Shown here: in pieces, positions 15,192-32,730 of the stretch
How positions within the stretch are numbered: position 1 is the stretch's first letter
Layout of the letters: each line of letters begins with the position of its first letter
NCBI RefSeq assembly: GCF_009914755.1
Contig: NC_060930.1
Reading direction: 5' to 3' (one strand)
Source: the human T2T-CHM13v2.0 reference genome, Homo sapiens
Length of the DNA: 64,000 nt
Made by a program: the position numbers and the translations under genes
Notes under the pieces: model-generated
Databases searched by the model: none
Told to the model about the DNA's origin: nothing
Seen by the model: the letters and a program-made list of their open reading frames with translations, nothing else

Positions 15192-17164
15192 GCTCTCCCT
15201 CCCCCTCCCACTCCCCCTCCCCCTCTCCTTCTTCGGTCTCCCTCTGTTGCCGAGGCTGGACTGTACTGCCGTGGTCTCGGCTCGCTGCAGCCTCCCTGCC
15301 CCGGCTCCCCTGATTCTCCTGCCTCAGCCTGCCGAGTGCCTGGGATTGCGGGCGCACGCCACCACGCCTGACTGGTTTTTGTATTTCTGGAGGAGACAGG
15401 GTTTTGCCCTGTTGACCGGGCTGGTCTCCGGCTCCTGACCTCGAGTGGTCTGCCCACCTCAGCCTCCCGGGGTGCTGGGATTATAGAAGGAGTCTCACTC
15501 ACTCAATGCTCAGTGTTGCCCAGGCTGGAGTGCAGTGGCATGATCTCGGCTTGCTGCAACCTCCACCTTCCAGCCGCCTGCCTTGGCCTCCCAAAGTACT
15601 AAGATTACAGCCTCTGCCTGGCCGCCACCCCATCTGGGAAGTGGGGAGCGTCTCTGCATGGCCGCCCATCATCTGGGATGTGGGGAGCCCCTCTGCCTGG
15701 CCGCCCTGTCTGGGAAGTGAGGAGCGCCTCTGCCCGGCAGCCCCGTCTGGGATGTGAGGAGCGTCCATGCCCGGCCGCCCCGTCTGGGAAGTGAGGAGTG
15801 CCTCTGCCCGGCCGCCCCGTCTGGGAGATGAGGAGCACCTCTGCCTGGCCGCCACTCCGTCTGGGAGGTGAGGAGCATCTCTGCCCGGCTGCCACCCCAT
15901 CTGGGAGGTGAGGAGCGTCTCTGCCTGGCTGCCACCCCGTCTGGGAAGCGAGGAGAGCCTCTGCCCATCTGCCTTGTCTGTGAAGTGAGGAGCGCCTCTG
16001 CCCGGCTGCCACCCCATCTGAGAAGTGAGGGGCGTCTCTGCCTGGCCACCCCATCTGGGAGGCGAGGGGCATCTCTGCCCAGCCGCCCTGTCTGGGAGGT
16101 GAGGAGCGCCTCTGCCCGGCTGCCCCGCCTGGGAAGTGAGGAGCGCCTCTGCCCAGCCGTCCTTCGTCTGGGAGGTGGGGAGCACCTCTGCCCGGCTGCC
16201 CCATTGGGGAAGTGTGCGCCTCTGCCCGGCCACCCCATCTGGGAGGTGAGGGGCGTCTCTGCCCGGCTGCCCCATCTGGGAGGTGGGGAGCACCTCTGCC
16301 CGGCCACCCATCATCTGGGAGGTGAGGAGTGCCTCTGCCCGGCCGCCCCATCTGGGATGTGGGGAGCACCTCTGCCTGGCCGCCCTGTCTGGGAGGTGAG
16401 GAGCGCCTCTTCCCGGCTGCCCCGTCTGGGAAGTGGGGGGTGCCTCTGCCCTGCTGCCCCATCTGGGAGGTGGGGAGTGCCTCTGCCCGGCCGCCCATCA
16501 TCTGGGATGTGAGGAGCGCCTCTGCCCAGCCACCACCCCATCTGGGAGGTGAGGAGCGCCTCTGCCAGGCCGCCCCATCTGGGAAGTGTATCCAACAGCT
16601 CTGAAGAGACAGCGACCATGGAGAACGGGCCATGATGACGATGGTGGTTTTGTCGAAAAGAAAAGGGGGAAATGTGGGGAAAAGAAAGAGAGATCAGATT
16701 GTTACTGTGTCTGTGTAGAAAGAAGTAGACATAGGAGACTCCATTTTGTTCTGTACTAAGAAAAATTCTTCTGCCTTGGGATGCCGTTAATCTATAACCT
16801 TACCCCCAACCCCCTGCTTTCTGAAACATGTGCTGTGTCAACTCAGGGCTAAATGGATTAAGGACGGTGCAAGATGTGCTTTGTTAAACAGATGCTTGAA
16901 GACAGCATGCTCGTTAAGTGTCATCACCACTCCCTAATCACAAGTACCCAGGGACACAAACAGGGCCAAAGGCCGCAGGGACCTCTGCCTAGGAAAACCA
17001 GAGACCTTTGTTCTCGTGCTTATCTGCTGACCTTCTCTCCACTATTATCCTATGACCCTGCCACATCCCCCTCTCTGAGAAACTGCAAGAATGATCAATA
17101 AATACTAAAAAAAAAAAAAAAGAAAAAAAAAAGAAAAAATAGAAACAGGAAACAAACAAAAAAA
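15192..17164 (+). mobile_element. Full-length SVA, SVA_A-like
   Basis: Degenerate CCCTCC head, Alu-like domain, GC-rich VNTR, SINE-R, AATAAA and A tail; perfect 16-bp TSD agaaaatttcaaaaca (15176-15191, 17165-17180); retains the ~16-bp gaagagacagcgacc segment I recall as SVA_A-specific. Confidence 0.95.
15607..16587 (+). repeat. SVA VNTR (~37-50 bp GC-rich units)
   Basis: Tandem gcctctgcccggccgcccc(a/g)tctgggaggtgaggagc units with CpG decay. Confidence 0.95.
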
Positions 17165-17389
17165 AGAAAATTTCAAAACATTCATACTGATAGTTTATTC
17201 CTCTAAGACCTATGTAATCTATCCTTTTTAAGTGGTATAAAGGGCCTAAAATTCTCTGTGCAACATCCCTACTGGAGACAGGAACTGAATCCAATCCTAT
17301 GAAAAAAGCAGAACATTCTTAGAGAACAGCTAAAATGACATATGTGTTATCTCCACTTTCACATTAAGTATTTATTTCCATTTAAAGAA

Positions 17390-17846
17390 GACTTTTTTAG
17401 CTATACTGTATATTTGACTTCAAATTAATACAACTGGGTGGCTTAAAACAATGGAAATGTATTCTTGGGTGGCCAGAAGTCTGAAATGAAGGATCACCAG
17501 CATGTTAGCATTCCTCTGGAGCCTCAAAGGAGAACATGTTCTTTGCCTCTTCTAGCTATTGGTGACTGTCATTTTTCCTTTACTATGGCCACATCACTCC
17601 AATCTCTGCCTCCTTCTCTTCTGTCTGTCAAATATTTCTCTGCTTCACTTTTATAAAGATACTTACTGTATATTTAAGGCCTACCTAAGTAACCTAGGAT
17701 AAAATTCTCCCCTCAAGATTGTTAAGTTAATCACATCTCTCATATTAGGAAATATTCACTCTTTTACTACATAAAGTAATATTTTCAGGTTGTGGGGATT
17801 AGGACATGAGCATATCTTTTGGAGGCCACCATTGAGCCCACTACAT
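17390..17846 (-). mobile_element. MLT1D/E-like LTR
   Basis: actgggtggcttaaaacaatggaaat...ggccacatcactccaatctctgcctcc...cccactaca. Confidence 0.7.
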
Positions 17847-17932
17847 ACAATGATATATGCTCATTTGGATATCCAAAAATTTCTTTCAAATAAACTTATT
17901 CAATTGTCTCTTTTGAGCCCTTCTTTCTTTGA

Positions 17933-18294
<362 letters not shown>

Positions 18295-19896
18295 AAATCC
18301 CTGGATTTTTGATACTTAGTAACCTGGTTTTCCCAGGCCTACCAGAAACTTTAACATTTAGAGGAAACATCAGTGTGAAAACAAAAACAGAATTGTCAAA
18401 GATTCAGTCCTTTGCTCCCTATACCTCATCTCTGCCCCGCCCCATGTTCTTCATTGAGTTACTCAAAAAAAATAATCCAGCCATGAGTTTTAAGTTTTCA
18501 GAATACACAATCTATAGCTTTAACTTTGGCCTTTCTTTTTTACTGTCTACTGAATATTTTTGTTTTCAAGACCACCATGTCTTTTAACTGGACATGTTTA
18601 AACACAGCATGCATCTAATCCAAGAGCAGTTATGTCCCTCAAGTTGTTTAAAATTTTTATTGGGCAGCTTATCACTCTCCAAATTAACCTAGTTATAACC
18701 CTAGAAGGAAATCCTCTGTTTACAATGTTTATTTATCTCCCCTTTTCAAATACTTTTCCTTCTTTCTATTCCAACTTTTACCACCTGAGGGAAAGAAGTT
18801 AAAACATATGACTTGTGATCTGCTTATGTTTTTTTCCTGGAGATATACTCCAGGCAGGTATAATTAAAAAGGCCAGTGCCAGGGGTGTTCCAAGATGGCC
18901 GAATAGGAACAGCTCCGGTCTGCAGCTCCCAAGGTGATTGACACAGAAGACAGGTGATTTCTGCATTTCCAACTGAGTTACCTGGTTCATCTCACTGGGA
19001 CTCATTGGACAGTGAGTGCAACCCAGAGGGTTAGCCGAAGCAGGGCAGGGTATCACCTCACCCAGGAAGCACAAGGGGTGGGGGAGATTTCCCTTTCCTA
19101 GGCAAGGGAAGCTGTGACAGACTACCTGGAAAAACAGGACACTCCCACCCAAACACTGCATTTTTCCCAAGGTCTTAGCAACTGGCAGACAAGGTGATTC
19201 TCTCCCATGCCTGGCTCAGTGGCTCCCACATCCACGAGGCTTGCTAACTGCTAGCACAGCAGTCTGAGATTGATCTGTGAGACTGCAGCCTGGCTGGGGG
19301 AGGGGCTTCCACCATTGCTGAGGCTTGAGTAGGTAAACAAAGCAGCTGGGAACCTCGAACTGGCCAGAGCCCACCACAGCTCAACAAGGCCTACTGCCTC
19401 TGGACTCCATCTCTGTGGGCAGGGCATAGCTGAACAAAAGGCAGCAGATAACTTCTGCAGACTTAAACGTCCCTGTCTGACAGCTCTGAAGAGATCAGTG
19501 GTTCTCCTAGCATGGCATTTGAGCTCTGAGAACAGACACACTGCCTCCTCAAGTGGGTCCCTGATACCCGTGTAGCCTAACTTGGAGACACCTCCCAGTA
19601 GGGGCCAACAGACACCTCATATAGGTGGGTGCCCCTCTGAGATGAAGCTTCCAGAGGAAAGGTCAGGCAGCAATATTTGCTGTTCTGCAGCCTCCACTGG
19701 TTATACCCAGGCAAACAGGGTCTGGAGTGGAACTCCAGCAAACTCCAACAGACCTGCAGCTGAGGGACCTGACTGTTAGAAGGAAAACTAAGAAACAGAA
19801 AGGAATAGCATCAACATCAACAAAAAGGTAATCTACACCAAAACCCCACCTGTAGGTCACCAACATCAAAGACCAAAGGTAGATAAAAACAAAAAG

Positions 19897-20923
19897 ATGG
19901 GGAGAAACCAGAGCAGAAAAGATGAGAATTCTAAAAATTGGAGCGCATTTTCTCCTCCAAAAGATTGAAGCTCCTTGCCCCCAGTGGAACAAAGCTGGAA
20001 TGAGAATGACTTTGATGAGTCGACAGAAGTAGGCTTCAGAAGGTTGGTAATAACAAACTTCTCTGAGCTAAAGGAGGACATTCAAACCCAATGCAAGGAA
20101 GCTAAAACCCTTGAAAAAAATATTAGATGAATGGCTAACTAGAATCAACAGTGTAGAGAAGACCTTAAATGACCTGATGGAGCTGAAAACCATGACACGA
20201 GAACTTCGTGACACATGCACAAGCTTCAATAGCCGATTTGATAAAGTGGAAGAAAGGGTATCAGTGATTGAAGATCAAATTAATGAAATAAAGTGAGAAG
20301 ACAAGGTTAGAGAAAAAAGAGTAGAAAGAGATGAAAAAAGCCTCCAAGAAATATGGGACTATGTGAAAAGACCAAATCTACATTTGATTGGTGTACCTGA
20401 AAGTGATGGGGAGAATGGAACCAAGCTGGAAAACACTCTTCAAGATATTATCCAGGAGAACTTCCTCAACATAGCAAGGCAGGCCGACATTCAAATTCAG
20501 GAAATACAGAGAACACCACAAAGATACTCCTCGAGAAGAGCAACCCCAAGACACATAATTATCAGATTCACCAAAGTTGAAATGAAAGAAAAAGTGTTAA
20601 GGGCAACAAGAGAGAAAAGTCAAGTTACCCACAAAGGGAAGCCCATCAGACTAACAGCACATCTCTCAGCAGAAACCCTACAAGCCAGAAGAGAGTGGGG
20701 GCTGATATTCAACATTCTTAAAGAAAAGAATTTTCAACCCATAATCTCATATCCAGCCAAACTAAGCTTCGTAAGTGAAAGAGAAATAAAATCCTTTACA
20801 GACAAGCAAATGCTGAGAGGTTTTGTCACTACCAGGCCTGCCTTACAAGAGGTCCTGAAGGAAGCCCTAAACATGGAAAGAAATAACTGGTATCAGCCAC
20901 TGGAAAAACAGGCCAAATTGTAA
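19897..20923 (+). pseudogene. L1 ORF1p, disrupted
   Basis: ATG at 19897; fragments KRPNL..IGVPE, QRTPQRYSSRRATPRHII, YPAKLSF; in-frame stops and frameshift. Confidence 0.92.
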
Positions 20924-20986
20924 AGACCATTGATGCTATGAAGAGACTGCATCAATTAACTGGCAAAATAACCAGCAAACATCATA

Positions 20987-24808
<3,822 letters not shown>

Positions 24809-25849
24809 ACAATGAGATCACTTGGACACAGAGCAGGGAACATCACACACCAGGGCCTGTCGGGCGGTGGAGGACTGGGGGAGGGTTAGCATTAGGAGAA
24901 ATACCTAATGTAAATGATGAGTTGATGGGTGCAGCAAACAAATATGGCACATGTATACATATGTATCAAACCTGCACGTTGTGAACATGTACCCTAGAAC
25001 TTAAAGTATAATAATAAAATAAAATAAAATAAAATAAAATAAAATAAAATAAAATAAAATAAAATAAAAAAGATTTGGGAGCTACATCATCCAAGCACTG
25101 TAGAGAATGAGGGAAAAAAAAGGCCAGTGCCCCCTGTTCAATCTCCTGCATAATTGTACTTCTGGATGAGGAGACTAACAATATTTGCTAGGAAGAAGAA
25201 GCTTTATCTTTGAAATGCTTTTGGCAGAATGTTCTTGGCAAAGCATTATCTATAGCAAGTGGAACCGCAGATCTATGAATATGGCTTTCTGGAGATATCA
25301 GGTAGACAACATAACTCTCTGGAGTATAAAACGGAGGTGTTTTGTAATTAAATGCTGCTAGCATGTGAGATGATCATGTGCCCCTCACATAAAGACCTCA
25401 CCTATTCCAGGACAGAGGGAAGGACATGAATAGTTCCCCTTGACATCCCAGATGGCTCCCTCTTTCCTCTGGGCTCTTTGATTGCTTGTATCTTTGATAT
25501 TATTTTTTAAGCTTGGTACTGTGTAAAATTTATGATTCATGGGGGTCTGATTTGACAATCGGATTCTGTGTGTTCACTCATCACCCATTATTTACTTTTT
25601 CTAATAGTGTTTCCTATGGCTTCTCATCCTCTATGAAATATTACAGATAAATCATTCTCAATTGTCATTTTTCAATTATGTCTCTTTCTTGCTCAGATAT
25701 CACTGGTGGATGCCCATGGTCTAAACGTTAATTCCAAAGTCTTTATCCTAAAAAATGAAAGGCAGTTCTATAATAATCAATATTTGTGTTGTGCAAATAG
25801 TGGGCTACTCTGGTCTCATCTAGGTGTATTTGAGCACTTAGAAAATTAG

Positions 25850-27075
25850 AAAAAGCCCATCCTGAATACACTGAATATTTAAATGTGAAAGGCAAAAATA
25901 AAAACTTACAGAAGTATGAAAATAAAAAACTTAAAAAAAACTATAGTTAAAAATGCTATCTCCGTGTGTTTTTTTAAAAAAAAGATTAATTTGAGAATAA
26001 AAAAGATAATATAGATGTTAGCTTAAGATTTAATCACTCCCTTTACTGAGGAAATATGTACTCCAGGGAGAGCAGGATTGATTAAACAAAAGCACTACTA
26101 ATAAAAAAAATACTGAAAAATAAGGAATTCTATTAATTATAAGGGATGATACACTTCTTTATCATAAGGTATGATAAAGAGCATAAAAAGACAAGCCACC
26201 AGCTGAGAAAATATATTTTCAACACATAAAAACATTCCATAAACAGAATGGACTAATAAATGTGTTAGGTTGGTGCAAAAGTAATTGCGGTTTTTGCCAT
26301 TACTTTTAATATAAAAACTACTGACTATTAATATAGAAACATAAATTAAAATCAGAGATATCATTTTATAACTACTGGATTGGCAAAAGTTTTAAATTTT
26401 GACATTTTCAGGATTTGGAGAAAATACACAGGGAAACAATTCTTAAACATTTCTAGTGGGAGCAATAATTGTCATAACAATTTTGGAAAATAATTTGGCA
26501 TTATATAAGAAAATAGAATATAGGCATTGCTACTGCTCAGCAGTTCCCCTCCTAGTGATATGTTCTAAGGAAGAGCTTACTCTTACACCGGAGGTGGGAG
26601 CCAAAACATTCACTGAAACAAATAAAAGATAAAAAAAGAGAAATAACCCAATGTACATTTGTGTTAAAAATACATGCATAAAATGTGGTATATTGATTTA
26701 TAAAATCTACTGTAGAAAATATCTCAACAGAGAATCTCAAAAACATAATGTTGAGGGTAAGAAAGTCAAGACTCTGAAGAATATATAATGTGATTTCATT
26801 AAGTGAAGTTCAAAATCAGTTTTAAAATCTAACTGTATTCTCTCTACTACATTCATAGATAGTGGAATTAAGGGGAAATCAAGGAAATAGCAAACAAAAT
26901 GTATCATATCAGTTACCTCTAGGTGTAGGGAATCTTGGGGAAGGGAATTGGTATGGGAACATAGGTTTCAAAGGAACGGTAAAGTTTCATTTATTAAACT
27001 GGGTAAGAAGTATGCAGGGTTCATTTTATTATTATTATTGATATTCTGCATAAGTAATAGAAATACCATTTTGTA
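25850..27075 (+). mobile_element. Ancient L1M (L1ME-like) 3' fragments
   Basis: Decayed ORF2 end and 3'UTR motifs (ttttggaaaataatttggca, aaatgtggtatatt, gaatctcaaaaacataatgttgag). Confidence 0.6.
26265..26310 (+). mobile_element. Half MADE1 (Hsmar1 TIR)
   Basis: ttaggttggtgcaaaagtaattgcggtttttgccattacttttaat. Confidence 0.9.
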
Positions 27076-27199
27076 TATTTAATTTCCAATACAACAAATT
27101 GCAAACAAATTTTAGAGTCCTGTGTGGTGACCCAACAACATAAAATGTATTAAAATAATTAACAATCACACATGAAAATTTGTACAATGTCAACATATT

Positions 27200-27723
27200 T
27201 TACAAAGATTAATCTGTGGTGGGTTCTTCCTCTAGTCATCCCTTAGAATTCAAGGCTAAAAGTGGGTGTTTCCAGGGTTCTGCACTTGGCACTTCTCATT
27301 CTTCATGTTCTTCACTTGCATTCTCCTCCACTCTCATGGCTTTAACCACTACCGCTGATGGTCCCCAAAAGATGTTTTTCCTCTATGTTTCAGACACATT
27401 TATTCAAATGGATCTAAGACAACTTCTCTTGATGGTTAATGAACATCTCAAAGGCAATATGTATAAATGTATTTAACGTCCTCTACTCTGGACATATTCT
27501 CATCTACTGTTCCCTTTCACAGTTCCTGTTCTCTTTCATTGGACAACACAGTCAGAAACTTGAAAGTCATCTAAGATTCCTCATCCACCCTCCCCTGAAC
27601 AATCAGTCACTAAAATTACTAATTTTACTTTCTTGCTGTTTGTTAAATTTGTCCTCTCTCCTCCATTCACTGTACAAGGACATGTTAGGGCCTCATCTAT
27701 GTCAGTGGGTGTATGACTGTAAT

Positions 27724-27762
<39 letters not shown>

Positions 27763-28345
27763 GCACACACAAACATACATATATATATAGAGAGAGAGAG
27801 AGAGAAAGAGAGCACACTTTACAACCCCCTTCTCTTTAGTCTTACCCATCTAAAATCCATCTGTCACACTGCTTTGAATATGGTCTCTCCAAAAGCATAT
27901 TGCTTTCCTCCTTAAAACCTTCATTGGCTTCAGTATTTAGACAATAAAAACCATAATATGCATTTCCTTTCCTAATCCTGCCTTTCCTGTTGCTATAAAT
28001 TTATTTGCCATGGCTTAGCTTCTGTTTATATTCTAATTATAGTGCGTCCATGAGCCTTTGTTTTCTTATGCCTGGAATACACTTCTTCGTACTTTACCTA
28101 CTAATAGCTACTCACCCTTGAGGCTTATTGTCTCTGGAAACTTAGGGCTACCAATCCTTTCCACTGCTATATACCTCATATTTCTATTAGAAAACGTCCC
28201 GTATTTTACATGACATGTTTACATCTCTGTCTTCTCCTCTACGCTGCAATGTCTTCAAATACACAGACTGTAATTCATCTTTGCATATCTCCATACATAG
28301 CTTAGGTTGATTCATAGTATGTGCTTCACAACATTAATTTAAAAG
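27200..28345. mobile_element. L2 relic fragments
   Basis: Degenerate L2 motifs (gaaacttgaaagtcatctaagattcctc, gcctggaatacactt, catagtatgtgcttca). Confidence 0.5.
27724..27810. repeat. Compound microsatellite (TG)n(TA)n...(TA)n(GA)n
   Basis: Directly visible. Confidence 0.95.
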
Positions 28346-28840
28346 TACTATGTAGATGTTAAACAATTAGACTTAGTTACGTGAGAAACAGCCTCACTTT
28401 GTTTCCATAGCCGCTTTGAGGCTGTAACTTAGAATTCATGTTTTGAATTATCTTTGTATCCTGGTCTACTGAGAGGGAGCTGTTCTTGTATTCCAAAACA
28501 TGTGTTTTAACTTTTTTGATTGGAGGATTAACTTCTTAAATGGGATGAGGGAGGCAGGGAACTATTTTGGAAAACAGAAGCCCCTATTGACCAAGGTTAA
28601 AGATACCATGACATTTCTTTTGTATAACCATTAACTTCTCCCTGGTTGCAAAATTTCAGTATATTAAAATTTAATTACTTCATGATGACAATTAAGAAAT
28701 AGCTCACCTTAAATTTTATGTTGTGTCTTTAACATTGTAGAAATTTAGTAAAACTGGAAGTAGAAGCTGTGGTGTACTTGAACGCTTGAATAGGTGAAGA
28801 TTATGAGTTTTGGAATTAAATAAAATGAGGTTCAAATCTT

Positions 28841-29329
28841 TTTTTACAATTTGAACTTTTATTTTAGATTTGGGGGTGCATGTGCAGGTTTGTTACCTGG
28901 GTATACTGCATGATGCTCAGGCTTGAGATCTTGTCACCCAGGTCGTGAGCATAGTACCCAACAGTTAGTGTTTTAATCCTTGCCTCCCTCCCTCTATATC
29001 CCATTTAGTAGTCCCCAGTGTCTATTGTTGGCATTTTTATGTCCATGAATATTCAATGTTTAGCTCCCACTTGTAAGTGAGAACATGCGATATTTGGTTT
29101 TCTGTACCTGCATTAATTCACTTAGGATAATGGCCTCCAGCTGCATCCATGTTGTTGCAAAGGACATGATTTTATTCCTTTTATGGTTGCATAGTATTTC
29201 AAGGTGTGTATGTACCACATTTTCTATACCCATCCACCACTGATGAGCACTGAAGTTGATTCCTTGTCTTTGCTACGGTGAATAGCCCTGCAATGAACAT
29301 ATGAGGGCATGAGTCTTTCGGGTAGAGAA
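28841..29329 (-). mobile_element. 5'-truncated old L1PA (PA15/16-like) inserted in a MIR
   Basis: Antisense L1 3'UTR; TSD gttcaaatctt at 28830-28840 and 29330-29340. Confidence 0.85.
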
Positions 29330-29541
29330 GTTCAAATCTTGATTATTACTAATTATATGACTTTGGGTAAGTTATTTGCTTCCAGAATCATTTTTCCCAT
29401 CTGCTAAGTGAAGGACTTGATACGTAACTTTAAATGTTGTACCAGATAGTGTTATAGGCAAATTTTATCAATCATTCAATAATAGGTCAATCCAACCTTA
29501 CACCAACTTTTTCATATAATAAAAAAAGAAGGGACATTTCC

Positions 29542-30408
29542 TGTGTCTGCAGGTCCCCAAGACCACACCCAGGTTTGGTTATTCACTAGGAAAATTCACA
29601 GGACTCAGCATAAAGTCATATTTCTGGCTGTGATTTATTTTAGTGAATGGATTAAAAAAATCCAAAAAAGGAAAAGGTGCATAGAATGACATCTAGAGAA
29701 AAACCAGGTGTTAATTTCCAAGAGTCCTTTGCCAGAGGAGTCACATAGGACGTGATTAACTTTTTTTTTTTTTTAGATGGAGTCTCACTCTTAAAAGTGC
29801 AGTGTTCAGTGGCATTGGCAAGATCTTTGTTCACTGCAACCTCCGCTTCCCGAGCTCAAGTGATCCTTTCACCTCAGCCTCTTGATTAGTAGCTGGGATT
29901 ACAGGTGTGTGTTACCACACCCAGCTAATTTTTGTATTTTTAGTAGAGATGGTGTTTCACCATGTTGACCAGGCTGGCCTTGAACTCCCCACCTCAGGTA
30001 ATCCTCCCACCTCGGCCTCCCAAAGTGCTGGGATTACAGGCATGAGCCACCCTCCCCAGCTGGACATGCTTAATTCTTTTGGCAACTGAAAGTTGTGACA
30101 AAAATTGTGAAATTTTGTCTACCAAAAAAGGCCCTTAGAGACTCAATGCCCAAAGTTTTGTTGGGGGCTAATTGTAGACACCATCTGCCTAGCACATACC
30201 AAAATTCTAGACTCTCAGAAGGAAAGCAAGTGTTCAGAATATGCCATATTGTTTAGACACAGTGAGCTGCACTTATTCATCTAGGCAAAGTTATTATCAG
30301 CATAAGGGACAGTTTACCATTCAAGTGCCCAGATGCCAGCCAAGGGCCAACCCAGCAAGCAGATCTTTCTAAGGAGAACAACCTGAGTCTCACTATCTTA
30401 ACTCTTCT
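29542..30408 (-). mobile_element. MER21-like LTR interrupted by Alu
   Basis: gtccccaagaccacacccaggtttgg...cacaggactcagcata...cccagatgccagccaagggccaacc. Confidence 0.75.
29761..30061 (-). mobile_element. Alu
   Basis: Antisense dimer; TSD-like ggacgtgattaa/ggacatgcttaa. Confidence 0.9.
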
Positions 30409-30679
30409 GAAAATTTGCCAAATTATTTTGTGAAACTAATATTATCACAGTGATTAATGGCACAACTATAGTACCAAAGACCAAGTTTAAACCCCAGCTT
30501 TGTTACCCTGTCCTCTGTGTACCCTAATTTTCCTATAAGTAAAATGGAGATATTAACAGAGTATTTGTCTCATATAGTTGTTGTGAGGGCTTCTTGAGCT
30601 ATTACATATGAGGTATTTAGAAGTGTCCTTGGCAAATAAAAAGTAATACCAGAAGCACCAGTGACAGTACTAGTGGTGT

Positions 30680-32065
30680 AACATTGATTCCAACATCAAA
30701 CAAGGACTGAATTACAGGTCAATTTATGATCATAAACTTAGATGTGAAATGTTTCTACAAAATATTAGAAAACTAAAGTTAGCAATGCATAAAAAGCATA
30801 AAATATCTTCACAAATCAGGTTTACTCAAGAAATGCATAATGACCCCCCACATAGAAAGTGTATTACTGTATCCCAATAGGTAAAAAAGAATTTGATAAA
30901 ATTTAACATCCACTTATGATTTTAAAGGCTGTAAGCTAGTGAGAAATAGAAGACATTTCTTAACCTAAAAGTCACCTACAAAAAAATGCAGAAGATAGTA
31001 AAGTATTAAAAAAATTAAAAGGATTTTTAAAAATAAGAAACACAGCATATTTTCTCTTTATTAGAACTTTTGTTTAATGTTGTACTGGAGTTTTCAGGTA
31101 GCACAATAAAAGAGAGAAAAATAAAAAATGTAAGAAATAGAAATGGAGAAACCAAACTGTTACTGTTATTCACATTGATGAAATAATCTAAGAATTATTA
31201 GAACTGGTGAGAAGTTAACAAAGTTTCAACATGTAAAATCAAATAAGTTCATAGATCAATTGTTTTCTATATGTCAGGAAAATAAAGATGAGAAATTAAA
31301 AAAACATAAGATACACAGAAATAAATATAACCAAAAATCTTCTTTATGTAGGAAATTATAAGACTTTTGAAAGACGTCAAAGAAAACTGAAATACCTGAA
31401 GAGACATAGAGATTCATGACTCATGACATAGAATATTGTAAAAAACAGAATGCATGTAATATCTATCAAAAATCCTAAGAGAGCATTTCATGAAACTTAT
31501 GAAGTTGATTTTAAAATTTTATGGAAGAGACAAGATACTGATGAAGAAAAAGAAGAAAGTGATAGGACTTGGTATATCAAAACTAACTATAAACTATTAT
31601 AATTAAAATGGTGTGGTATTATTCTAAGAAACAGGCAAATTGACTGATGTAATTGAATACTGAGTACTAAAACAGTCTCTTACATACAGAGGAATTTACT
31701 ATTTGATAGAACCAATAGTACAGATCAGGTGAAGAAAAGTGATTTTCAATGTATTAGTTATTTTTATCAGAAGAAAATATAACTGGATACCCCTACTCAC
31801 ACCATGCACAAAAGTGAAATGCATTTAAGAACTTAAATATGAATGGTAAAACCATAAAATATTTGTTAAAATATACAGGCAATATCTTTATAAACTTGAA
31901 ATTGTACTTTTCAGAAATATAAAGGAATGAATGTATAGATACGTGGTAGAATAAACTATAAAGGAAGGAACAAAAAGCACAATTTTCAGAATAGTGATTT
32001 ATCTGAGGGAGAAGGAGGATGAGATTAGGAATATCAGAGACATCAAAGATATTTCAAGAATGATG
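30680..32065 (+). mobile_element. Ancient L1M ORF2 fragments
   Basis: Decayed RT-region motifs (tttgataaaatttaacatcc, ttttaaaattttatggaa, aaaatggtgtggtatt). Confidence 0.6.
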
Positions 32066-32069
32066 ATCT

Positions 32070-32461
32070 CTGGTGAGTGATGGTGGTCCCCTGTAATCCC
32101 AACACTTTGGAAGCCAAGGTGGAAGGATCACTTGAGGCCCAGAGTTCAAGACATGTTCTGGCAACATAGTGAGACCCCCATCTCTACACCAAAATAAAAA
32201 TTTAAAAATTATCTGGGCATGATGGTGAGCACCTGTAGTCCCAGTTACTCAGGAGGCTGAGGTGGGAGGACTGCTTGAGCCCAGGAGTTCAAGGTTATAG
32301 TGAACTATGTCATGCCACTACACTCTAGCCTGGGCAACACAGCAAGACCCTGTCCAAAGGAAGGGAAGGGAGGTGAGGGGAGTGGAGGGGGAAAGGGAGG
32401 GGAAGGAGAGAGAGACAGAAAAAAGAAAAGAGAAAGAAAAGAAAAGAAGAAAAAAGAAAAA
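32070..32461 (+). mobile_element. AluJ-like with purine-rich low-complexity tail
   Basis: Diverged dimer followed by GGAA/GAAAA-rich tract. Confidence 0.88.
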
Positions 32462-32728
32462 GGTGTACTTTCCTGAATGTATGTTCTTGTCAACTTTGTC
32501 AAAGATCATTTGGATATGAATATGCAGCTTTATTTCTCAGTTCTCTATTTTATCCCATTGACCTATATGTTTATTTTTGTACCAGTATCATGCTGTTTTG
32601 ATTACTATAGCCTTGTAACGTAATTTGAAGTCAGGTAATGTGATGCCTCCAGCTTTGTTCTTTTTGCTTAGGATTGCTTTAATGATTCACACTCCTTTTT
32701 AGTTCCATATGAATTTTAGGATTACTTT
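32462..32728 (-). mobile_element. L1 ORF2 fragment
   Basis: gtaccagtatcatgctgttttgattactatagcc...gaagtcaggtaatgtgatgcctccagctttgttc. Confidence 0.85.
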
Positions 32729-32730
32729 TA

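Noticed and set aside
15607-16587. Repeat array resembling CRISPR
   Set aside because: Tandem VNTR without unique spacers, inside an SVA, with no cas genes
15077-16633. Long overlapping ORFs (up to 342 aa) with repeated ALLTSQTG/GRGAPH units
   Set aside because: Translation of the stop-poor SVA VNTR; open in several frames on both strands
19244-19315. L1 antisense ORF0
   Set aside because: ATG present but reads MVEAPPPARLQSHRSISDCCASS then TAG after 23 codons
27439-27915. 158-aa ORF
   Set aside because: Runs through L2 relic and microsatellites; no recognisable domain
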